This document shows positions 27,841-38,145 of a stretch of DNA of 64,000 nt, one piece after another (within the stretch, counting starts at the first letter, position 1; the number at the start of each line of letters is the position of its first letter). Source of the stretch: Eledone cirrhosa (lineage: Eukaryota). Under the pieces are notes generated by a model. The model made no database searches. It was not told the origin of the DNA and was given only the letters and a program-made list of their open reading frames with translations. Made by a program: the position numbers and the translations under genes. The DNA is taken from NCBI GenBank assembly GCA_964016885.1, contig OZ024753.1, positions 31,248,001-31,312,000 of the forward strand, read 5' to 3'.

Positions 27841-30800
27841 TTAGTTAGAATTAATGATAAGGACTTTTTAAGTTGTCCAAAAATGCGCATGGTTGGCTAT
27901 TCAGACCACAAATTAGTGACCTGCATGGTCAACCTTGACAGAACTCATAGACAGGGACCCGGTTACTGGAAGCTCAACTTGTCCTTACCGGCAAGTAAGG
28001 CTTACAGGGACCGGATTAGCACTTTAGTTAAGGAGCGGTTGACGGGCGCCATCGTCAACAGCAGGTGGTGGGGATCTCTCAAAAGAGAGATTAGAGTAGT
28101 CTCTATAGAATTTAGTAAGGAGTTAGCCTCAAATAGGAAGGAAAGGGAGTTGGTAGATAGTGTAGAAGAGGCAATTAGAAGCGGCCACGTGGCTAGAGTG
28201 CTAGCGTCGAGAACGGCCCTGGGCCAGTTCTTCCACGCGAAACACGAAGGCTGCATCGTCCGAAGCAAAATACGTGCTCTGGGAAACGAGGCGACCAAAG
28301 TTGTTAGCTGGGCCCGCGTGACAGAAGCCAAAAGAGGGAGCAGATCCACTATCCGGTCTTTGCGAGATCAGGATGGACGGGTGATCCTTGAACCTAAGCA
28401 GATGTGCGAGGCTTTTCAAAAGCACTTTGCCGGATTGTTCGGAAGGGGCGGGGAGCCGGTTGGGGATGTGGACTTCGGTCCATACCTCGACGGCCTGCCG
28501 CGTCTCTCGGAGAGGGAGGCGAAGTCCTGCGAGGAGCCGATTTCAGCTGCTGAGATAGAGGACGTGCTGAGCCAATGCGGCAAACGCAAATCCCCGGGTC
28601 TCGATGGTCTTCCATACGAACTATATCTAGCTATGCCGGACTTGTTCCCCGATCTCCTCGAGGCGGTCTACTGCAACTGGCAACAGAACTGGAGAATTCC
28701 CTGTGCTATGACCAAGGGCGTAGTCACGCTAGTGAGGAAGGATGAGAACAAGGGGGACGATATAAATAACTTCAGGCCCATAACTCTGCTAAACACAGAG
28801 TTACAGATTTTGGCCAAGGTGCTAGCAAAGAGGTTGGCGCTTGTCGTGGGCAACCTGGTGGGAGATGCGCAGACATGTGCTATCCCGTCCAGGTCAATCC
28901 ACGATAACCTACACCTCATGCGATACATCATAGAGAGGGTTGGGAACGAACCCGGCTTTGGTGGGGCCCTGATCAACTTGGATCAATCTAAGGCATTCGA
29001 TAGGGTCGACCATGGTTACCTGGATGCGGTGCTAGCGGCTGCAGGCTTCGGACCCGTGTTCAGGGGCTGGATCAATACCATGCACAGCAGCCGCATCTGC
29101 TCTAGGGTCAAAGTGAACGGCTACCTCTCGGAGCCGTTCGAAATCGCGCGGTCCATCCGACAAGGGTGCCCTCTCTCCTCCCTTCTGTATGTAATGACTC
29201 TAGAGCCACTGCTGCGGAAGTTGGAGCTGTTGCAGGGCATCCCGTTGGAACCGGGATTGCCGAAAGCGGTGTCAGCCTACGCCGATGACGTAACAGTAAT
29301 GGTGTCGACAGCCTCGGAAATCGGGGCGATCGGCACCTTACTGGAGGAGTACGAAAGGTTTACAGGGGCTAAGCTGAACCGGGACAAGTCGATCGGTCTG
29401 CAACTCGGCACGTGGAGGGGCAGATCGATGCCCTCCGATGGCGTCGTCGGGCGCTGGACGGAGGGCCCGGTGAAGTTGCTCGGGGTCTGGTTCGGACCAG
29501 ACCTCCAGGTGGAGAAGAACTGGGGTGAGGTAACGAACAGGGTGTTTGCACTGACCCAGAAGTGGGCCGAGTGCAAACTGTCCCTGAAAGGTCGGGCGGA
29601 GGTGGCGAACACTTATATAGCGTCCGTCATCTACTACCGCCTGACCGTTGTGCCTTGCCCAAGGGAAACGCTCGCCAAAATGGAGCGCGCACTCTTCCAA
29701 TTCCTTTGGAAGAAGCGGGCTCCTATGGTGAGGAGATCCATCTGCTGTCAACACCCTTCGAAAGGAGGGCTGGGGATGCCGTGGCTAATGATACGTAAAC
29801 ACGCATTAAGGCTACGGCACCTTCAGGTATTCCTCTCCGGTCAACCGGTGTGGGCCCCATTTGTGAGACGAGCCTTTCCCAGACTCGTCTCACTCACCGA
29901 GCTGCAATCCTGGGTCAAGCAAAGACCGAGAAAACTGGGCGCCTGGCACACCGAGTGTGCCCAGGCGCTCACGGCTCTCTGGCAGGCGGACCCGGCTGTC
30001 AGTGGAGAATCCACCTCGTCATTCTATAGAGGGCTGGTGGTTAGCAGGTGCGACGACGCCCTCGGAGAAGCCGTAGGCATGGAGGAAGACGAACTGGCTA
30101 ACCTGTTCGGTAGGACATTCAGCCCGGGACCCATGGATAACTTCCAGAGGTCCCTGGCCTGGCAATGCTACAGAACGGCTCTGCCCGTTCGAAAAAGGCT
30201 CTACAGACACGGGCGCCCGGGTAGGGACCCCTCGAAAAAGATCTGTCCCAGATGCGTGTGCGACGAGGAAACCGTTGCACACGCATTGGTACACTGCTCG
30301 GGCATTGCCGATATGTGTGGCTATGTCGAACAACTGCTGTCAATGGTGGGACCGATCCGGTTGACCACCGAGTCTATTGTAACGATCAAGCCGCCTCCCC
30401 TCTTCAAAAACGAAGAAGAGGCGGTGTTTCTGTGCGTAATAGCCATGGCGAAAGAGGTTGTATGGTGGACGCGTCTGAAAGGACTGAGGTCAGACACCTT
30501 TCTCTCTGGCCAACAACTGGTCCGTTTCTTCCGATATCATTTCGGAAGAAGGATCAGGATGGAGAGAGAGGTGCTGCACCCCAGCCGTTTTTATGAAAGA
30601 TGGGTGAAAGTGGCGAGAATGGCCCGTGTGAATGGGCCTTCACTCTACATCAGACTATAGGTGAGGAAGATGAAAGACCAAGGGAGCACCCACTCTCTGT
30701 GCTCCCGAGGAAAAGGGTTGCACACTTTTTTTCGGGGGTGTGTGCGAACCTCCCAAGGCGCCTCCTCTCTATTGAGGACTTTGTTATAAATTTTATTTTT

Positions 30801-30926
30801 TGTTATATTTTATTTTATTTTTATATATTGTTATTGCCTCCTCCCTATTGAGGACGCCTTGTTTTGTAAACTTCCCCCATTGTACTTGTCCCACTTTTGA
30901 TGCCCTGGTGGCAAATAAAAGAAACA
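27841..30926 (+). mobile_element. 5'-truncated Tx1-group (L1 clade) non-LTR retrotransposon
   Basis: Open ORF2 remainder, 3' UTR with AATAAA, candidate TSD CTATCCCTC at 27832-27840 and 30934-30942. Confidence 0.92.
27883..30660 (+). CDS. Tx1/L1 ORF2: end of APE endonuclease, RT, C-terminal zinc knuckle
   Basis: SDHKLV, GPGYWKLN, KSPGLDG, NFRPITLLN, LDQSKAFDRVDH, RQGCPLS, YADD, GGLG, CPRC..ETVAHALVHC. Confidence 0.95.
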   Translation: MRMVGYSDHKLVTCMVNLDRTHRQGPGYWKLNLSLPASKAYRDRISTLVKERLTGAIVNSRWWGSLKREIRVVSIEFSKELASNRKERELVDSVEEAIRSGHVARVLASRTALGQFFHAKHEGCIVRSKIRALGNEATKVVSWARVTEAKRGSRSTIRSLRDQDGRVILEPKQMCEAFQKHFAGLFGRGGEPVGDVDFGPYLDGLPRLSEREAKSCEEPISAAEIEDVLSQCGKRKSPGLDGLPYELYLAMPDLFPDLLEAVYCNWQQNWRIPCAMTKGVVTLVRKDENKGDDINNFRPITLLNTELQILAKVLAKRLALVVGNLVGDAQTCAIPSRSIHDNLHLMRYIIERVGNEPGFGGALINLDQSKAFDRVDHGYLDAVLAAAGFGPVFRGWINTMHSSRICSRVKVNGYLSEPFEIARSIRQGCPLSSLLYVMTLEPLLRKLELLQGIPLEPGLPKAVSAYADDVTVMVSTASEIGAIGTLLEEYERFTGAKLNRDKSIGLQLGTWRGRSMPSDGVVGRWTEGPVKLLGVWFGPDLQVEKNWGEVTNRVFALTQKWAECKLSLKGRAEVANTYIASVIYYRLTVVPCPRETLAKMERALFQFLWKKRAPMVRRSICCQHPSKGGLGMPWLMIRKHALRLRHLQVFLSGQPVWAPFVRRAFPRLVSLTELQSWVKQRPRKLGAWHTECAQALTALWQADPAVSGESTSSFYRGLVVSRCDDALGEAVGMEEDELANLFGRTFSPGPMDNFQRSLAWQCYRTALPVRKRLYRHGRPGRDPSKKICPRCVCDEETVAHALVHCSGIADMCGYVEQLLSMVGPIRLTTESIVTIKPPPLFKNEEEAVFLCVIAMAKEVVWWTRLKGLRSDTFLSGQQLVRFFRYHFGRRIRMEREVLHPSRFYERWVKVARMARVNGPSLYIRL

Positions 30927-30953
30927 TATCTATCTATCCCTCATATATATATA

Positions 30954-31936
30954 TCTATATATATAAAACTGTGGTTGTCTGTCTGTCTATCGATTTTTGG
31001 CACACATCTCCTCTTAGAATCTCTCACGTAATTGCACTGAAATTGCTATACTTGTACATTGAGCCCTAGCGAAGACATCGGAAAAAAATATTTCAAATTG
31101 ACCCACCCTATGTGACGAAATCGAATATAATGTATCGATTTTTGAGCGTAAGTTATCAGTTATTTCCCTTTGTTCTGTTTACATTGAGCGTCTTACGTAA
31201 ACAATTACGCTGGCTTTCTCAGCGTTTAAAATGACATTAACACAATACGCGAACAGTTGTCGAGCCAGCAACATATTGACCTGCAAAATTCATCAGTTCG
31301 AACACTACGCTTCCGTTTTGCTTCATTTCCATTTAAAAGCATTTTAAAACAATATTTTTACTTGAAAACAAGTCTATTTAAAGACTACGTAAAACAAGCA
31401 AATATTTCGTCGTTAGGCGTGCAGACAGACAGTCGTGCAGACAGACAGTCGTGCAGAGAGGTGATATACGCGTGCAGACAGACAGTCGTGCAGAGAGGTG
31501 ATATAGGCGTGCAGACAGACAGTCGTGCAGAGAGGTGATATAGGCGTGCAGACAGACAGTCGTGCAGAGAGGTGATATAGGCGTGCAGACAGACAGTCGT
31601 GCAGAGAGGTGATATAGGCGTGCAGACAGACATAACTGATAATTTGGTTACGCTAATGTTTTTCTCTGCGTTGCAGTGTTTACATTTTCGATCTTTGTTA
31701 ATAAATAACCAGTGCAGTTTCTATCCCCAGCATTCTCTTTTGTTATAACATTCGGGTTATCGTTATGTTTTCTTAACTTCATAAGGCATATTGTTGGTTG
31801 AGGGAATATTAATCAAAAACACCACATGCAAGTCTGCACAGTAGACACTACAGTTTTTAAGCCAAAAAAGAAACTTAACATTGTAACTTTAACACAGCTA
31901 CTGAGCGACCCCGAGCAACGCCGGGCTTTACTGCTA

Positions 31937-31937
<1 letters not shown>
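30954..31937 (+). mobile_element. non-autonomous Helitron
   Basis: 5' A|TCTATATATATAAAA..GTCTGTCTGTC; 3' hairpin CCCGAGCAACGCCGGG followed by CTAG|T; inserted between A and T with no TSD. Confidence 0.75.
31416..31632. repeat. 37-bp minisatellite (~5.5 units) inside the Helitron
   Basis: GGCGTGCAGACAGACAGTCGTGCAGAGAGGTGATATA repeated. Confidence 0.92.
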
Positions 31938-31975
<38 letters not shown>

Positions 31976-32149
31976 AGATAGCTTCAATATATATATATAT
32001 ATATATATATATTGAAGCTATCTGGCTGTTCATCAAAATACAATATCCATTTCCTTTTCTATATGTCAGAACTGATAGCATTCATTAAATATGCCAAACG
32101 CTAATAAGAACTTAACATAAAACGTCAGTCTAATTACCAAAATGTGTAT

Positions 32150-33380
32150 TCATTTGGAAATCAATTAATTAAATATTTATTTACAACACTGCTTCTTAGA
32201 AGGTAACCCTACAATTGATGAAATACCGTTTTAGCTGTATGAGAGCTAAAATGTTTCGCTACATTAAAGTTGAATTTTTAGGTGAACCAATTGACATTTC
32301 GGTTGGGATTGTGTTTACTTGTATATGGATTTCGGTTACCATGCGTATGTTTCACCTTTTCCTTTCAAACCTTTATTTTCTAAGTCTCTGTTATAATCAC
32401 TACCTGCCAAGTCAAAGATAGTTTCATCTAAACGTATGCACGCATATATTTTATACTAGCTATTCATAGATTTTATTTGCGTAGTTTAAATACATACCTT
32501 TTGCATTTGGTTTTTTATAGGGATTACAATTTCTTGTATCTAAATCAATGTTGGCATCAAAAGCAGTTGTCTACGACGATATATCTGTATTTACGGAATT
32601 GTTAAGTCCTAGTTCTCTTTTCAATTACTTAATCCTTTTTGTTTTTAAATTGTGCTCAACAATAGGCTCTCCGATACTTGAGCAGCCATCTCTGTATTGT
32701 TTGATATCTAACGCCCAAAGGTTTGTCTAATATGTATAATCAGACGAGCTCTCAACTTTCCACAGCGCCTGGGTACCCCATACCGACATTAAAAAGATAA
32801 TTAATGTATTTCGCCCATATTTCGTCTAAGCTGAGATTTTCTAGAATACACACATTCCGTTCACCTATTTCGTCTCTCATATTACTGTAGCTAGTATTTT
32901 ACTACTCTCCAAATATGATAGATTTTCTGAATTTGATCTATTTTTATATATACTTACTTCCTCTTGGTAGTTTGTTACTTCATTTCTTAATGTGTTTACA
33001 CTTCTGTCAAGGGATAGAAATTTCTTTGTCATCATTTACAGTTAGATGTTGTTCAGACTTAGTTAATAATTGTATTTGCTTTTCATGTCTATTTTGTGTT
33101 GGCATTGGAGTTTATTTTATTGTAATCGACCGTATTGGTTTTCATATATTTTTGTGAATGTTATATTATATAATTGTAATTATTTGGTTTTCTCAGAGAA
33201 AACTACTAAACTTGTAAACTGCTTTAATGTTTGAGGCTATTTAGTGTCAGATATGTTTTCTATATTTCTAACATTTTGAGTGTCCTCTCTTGTAATATCG
33301 CTGACAGAATACTCAAGATCGTTTAGCCGCTTGGACAATCATGATTTCTATAACATGTGTTTCTTTAAATAGTGAATGTC
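32150..33380 (-). pseudogene. old decayed Neptune-like PLE RT
   Basis: Manual reading FNVGMGYPGAVES*ELV*LYILD (~32725-32795; cf. [22 protein letters not shown]) and ..FYP (~33010-33030). Confidence 0.6.
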
Positions 33381-33459
33381 GTTAGCTTAAAAAGAGAGAG
33401 CTTTCTGTGTAATCATTCTTCTGGCATAGTATATTTTACTGATAAGAGAATTAATATAG

Positions 33460-34470
33460 ATATTGTTCGTGGCTACTGCGATAATTACTCTAACGTCTTT
33501 GTACGTACAGAATGTGCAAGAAAATTGAAGCGCTGTATAGAAACAAAGTTGTATTTGCCAGTACTTTTACTTATAGGATAACTTTATAGACAACGTAAAG
33601 CGGACTCAATACCATAAGTAGAGTAAAGTTATGTATATATTACTTCGTATTGGTTTACATCACTTTACTCAAACGTCTATTTGTAACAATTATTATCAGA
33701 CGGAGATACTTCGTACTAAGCCATCTGGTAACTCTTGCATATGCTGTGTTTAATATATAAGGCATCAATGTTATTATATTTCATACTCGTCATAGGCTGC
33801 GGTTTCAAGTAGAAGCATTTCCCAAGATTTGTTTAAAAGCCTGTTCAAAGTTTCAAGTAGAAGCAATTCCCCAGATTTGTTTAAAAGCCTGTTCAAAGTT
33901 ACAAGTAGAAGCATTTTCCCAGATTTTTTTAAAAGCCTGTTCAGAAATTCCCTCCGAGTTAAATCAGGTTTTCCCCATCCACATATCTACGATTGTAGAG
34001 TTTGACCATCTTATAAATATATACAATAAAACCCTCGTTAATTATTCACTCCTGAAATTATGTATTTCAAACTGTAACAGCTGCCTTTTCGTGGTTCCTT
34101 TTTTGATGTTTGTTGAAATAACAACGCTCCGCCTTAGCTATTTATAATTATTGATTCATTCTGCCTTATTTGTATCCGTTATCGGATACAAATAAGGCAG
34201 AATGAATCAATAATAGTCGTTTTGTTAGCCAAACTGTCGTCTCTGTACAGTCTAATAACTATCATCTAACATTCTGTTTTCAGTATATCACATATGCATA
34301 ATCCGAGGAACTCCCAAATGTCTGCATCAGTAGCTTTCTTATCGGTGACGATAAGCTAATACTAGTGAATCTGGTTAACTGACACTTAGCTTTTGAAGTT
34401 TATGCAATCCTTGTACAAATCTCTTTCTATATATACAACTTACCAACTCGTCCTCTTCAGATAATTGGGA
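33460..34470 (-). pseudogene. second decayed Neptune-like PLE RT/thumb fragment
   Basis: DIWEFLGLCICDIL...RLYRDDSLA (~34228-34325; cf. GLYRDDGL); contains a 48-bp x3 tandem repeat at 33803-33943. Confidence 0.55.
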
Positions 34471-34535
34471 CTGTTTCAAAATTGTAATAAAAATCATATA
34501 TATATATATATATATATATACATTATATGTATATG

Positions 34536-34595
<60 letters not shown>

Positions 34596-34647
34596 CATAT
34601 ATACACATTATATATATATTTATATACACACACACACACACACACAC

Positions 34648-34678
<31 letters not shown>

Positions 34679-34682
34679 CATA

Positions 34683-34734
<52 letters not shown>

Positions 34735-34799
34735 CATACATATATACATATATACATATATATATATACATATATACATATATATATATACATATATAC

Positions 34800-34830
<31 letters not shown>

Positions 34831-35161
34831 CATATATACATATATACATATATATATATACATATATACATATACATATATACATATATATATATATACA
34901 TATATACATATATATATATACATATATATATATACATATATACATATATATATATATACATATATATATATACATATATACATATATATATATACATATA
35001 TACATATATATATATACATATATACATATATATATATACATATATACATATATATATATACATATATACATATATATATATACATATATACATATATATA
35101 TATACATATATACATATACATATATACATATATACATATATACATATATATATATACATAT

Positions 35162-35227
<66 letters not shown>

Positions 35228-35976
35228 TCGGAGAATGTTTCTGTAAGTCATTCAAGGATTTATTCGTTTGGGAATGGAGGTGTTAAAAGAATGTGTGTAA
35301 TTGACAGGAATTTTCAGGCCATTATATATGCTTTCGTTTGTTGTGGACATCCGTGTCTATATATGTAGAATATATTATCAAGCTTTTAACCGATCAATTT
35401 AATGTTTCACAACATATATCTGTGTTAATAATTGAATGACGGAGGAGATAAGTCTCTCTATCTACAGTAAGTAATGCATATCTGAAGTACTTTTTCATTG
35501 TGATAATTCATTCAACAGCATTGCGTTTCTCTATAGCGCAATGATAATATTACATAGATTGTACTTCTGAAATAAAGCCAGGTATACCTGTAAAGGTATT
35601 GATAGATATAGGAGAGATAAAATAATATAGACCATTATTCGATAGCATCCACTGTATCCTCTTTTATCTCATAAAATATATATGTACGTATGTGATTTTG
35701 TCTATGTAAGGAATGGAAGTAATCAATACGTTCACTTAGATTTTGGAAATTCAAAAGCACATTCTTGCGTATGAATACATGTCTATCAGTAACTTTACGT
35801 GCGTTTATGAATACTTGTGTTCGTAAGTTTATGTGTGTGTGTTTGTTAGAAAGATGAGAGAAAGAGGGAAGAAGGTTCATGTACATATGGATGGGAAACA
35901 CACCTCATTCTTCTCAGCGCCATTCTGATATATCTATAGTATATATGAGATATACGATTCTGTCAACTGATATACA

Positions 35977-36023
<47 letters not shown>

Positions 36024-36140
36024 ATATATTTATAGAGAAAATTGAGGTTGGTAATGGCACATGGAATATATAAGAGACAGAATACTTTTTTGTGAAAAAA
36101 CATATAATTTTATAAGGTAAGGAAATAATAAAGGGTATAA

Positions 36141-36188
36141 AAAATGACCGGTTTCGATGGGTCTGCAAAAGCCATCTTTTCAAATGTT
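36141..36188 (-). ncRNA. decayed minimal hammerhead
   Basis: Minus strand TTGAAAA GATGG-CTTTTGCAGAC-CCATC GAAACCGGTC ATTTT; canonical minimal stem III, core mutated. Confidence 0.5.
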
Positions 36189-36559
36189 GATTAATATTAA
36201 GAAAAATTAATTATAAGAAGAGTTAAAATTTGAGATTTGAAAATTCAAGTATAAAATTCATGTGGGATTTCAGTATTTTTCATCTTGGTAGCAGCTCGTT
36301 TAGCAGCTCGTTGACTGCTAGGTGCCTTTCTGGTAGTGAATGAGAAGTTATTTGGGGGTGTTGGTTATTTTATAAAGGTCAAATTTAGCAATGGCCAGAT
36401 GGCCAGCTGCTGGTCAGTGAGGGGGTGGAAGCAATATACATACATATATCTTCCTGTAGTAGGTAGGAGAGGGGAGATTGATAGAAAGGGATTTAGTGCA
36501 CTTACACCTATATATACACACATACCTTCATCCACACATACATACATATACATATACAT

Positions 36560-36615
<56 letters not shown>

Positions 36616-36745
36616 ATACATATACACACGTAGATACACACACACATACATATATATACACACATATATGCACATACACACACATATATATACACACACA
36701 CACATATATATACATACACATACATCCAGATACACACATACATAC

Positions 36746-36908
36746 AGCCGTTTCGACGGCTAATTCTGTACAGAATTAGCCGTCGAAACGGCTTGAGCTC
36801 AGCCGTCGGGGTCTTACTTGTTCCTATTACCCACTCTACTACCCTAAGTATTGAGTACTTTGGTGCGTTATGGTCCACCTGGTTCCTTACCACATTTCCT
36901 TCGTTATA
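36746..36908 (+). mobile_element. Family D unit beginning with a perfect 48-bp palindrome (36746-36793)
   Basis: AGCCGTTTCGACGGCTAATTCTGT-ACAGAATTAGCCGTCGAAACGGCT; shares sequence with 11152-11290. Confidence 0.75.
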
Positions 36909-37020
36909 TATTTATTTATATATATATATTTATTTATATATATATATTTATTTATATATATATATATTTATATATATATATATTTATATATATATTTATA
37001 TATATATATATTTATATATT

Positions 37021-37077
<57 letters not shown>

Positions 37078-37078
37078 A

Positions 37079-37123
<45 letters not shown>

Positions 37124-37194
37124 ATTTATATTTATATATATATATTTATATTTATATATATATATTTATATATATATATTTATATATATATATT

Positions 37195-37229
<35 letters not shown>

Positions 37230-37528
37230 ATTTATATATATATATTTATATATATATATTTATATATATATATTTATATATATATATTTATATATTTATA
37301 TATATATATTTATATATATATATTTATATATATATATTTATATATTTATATATATATATTTATATATATATATTTATATATATATATTTATATATATATA
37401 TATTTATATTTATATTTATATATATATATTTATATATATTTATATTTATATATATTTATATATATATATTTATATATATTTATATTTATATTTATATATA
37501 TATATTTATATATATATATTTATATTTT

Positions 37529-37564
<36 letters not shown>

Positions 37565-37578
37565 TATATATATATTTA

Positions 37579-37611
<33 letters not shown>

Positions 37612-37770
37612 ATTTATATATATATATTTATATATATATATTTATATTTATATATATTTATATTTATATATATATATTTATATTTATATATATATATTTA
37701 TATTTATATATATATATTTATATATATATATTTATATATATTTATATTTATATTTATATATATATATTTA

Positions 37771-37828
<58 letters not shown>

Positions 37829-38145
37829 TATATATATATATTTATATTTATATATTTGGGGAGGGTCATATTTGCGTAATATTGCCAGAATTAATAACAG
37901 AACACACTCACTGTTTGGTTGGTTTTCGCTTCTCGCTGTCTTTTATATATATATATCTGCGATCTAACTTACTCGATCCTCAATGTTGCCATTGACTGAC
38001 CGGCGGTCAAAAATAATACAGATACAATATAGACAAACACATATATATATAGTTTACATAATTTACATAAATCTTTCGTTGCACATCTGCAACGAAATAT
38101 GCTCAAAACGAATGCTGTAGGCATTTCAAGAAGAAATTAGAATGG

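Noticed and set aside
28002-30596. Overlapping antisense and alternative-frame ORFs in the Tx1 element
   Set aside because: By-products of GC-rich coding sequence; no motifs
31416-31632. CRISPR-like 37-bp repeats
   Set aside because: Head-to-tail tandem units with no unique spacers, eukaryotic context, no cas genes
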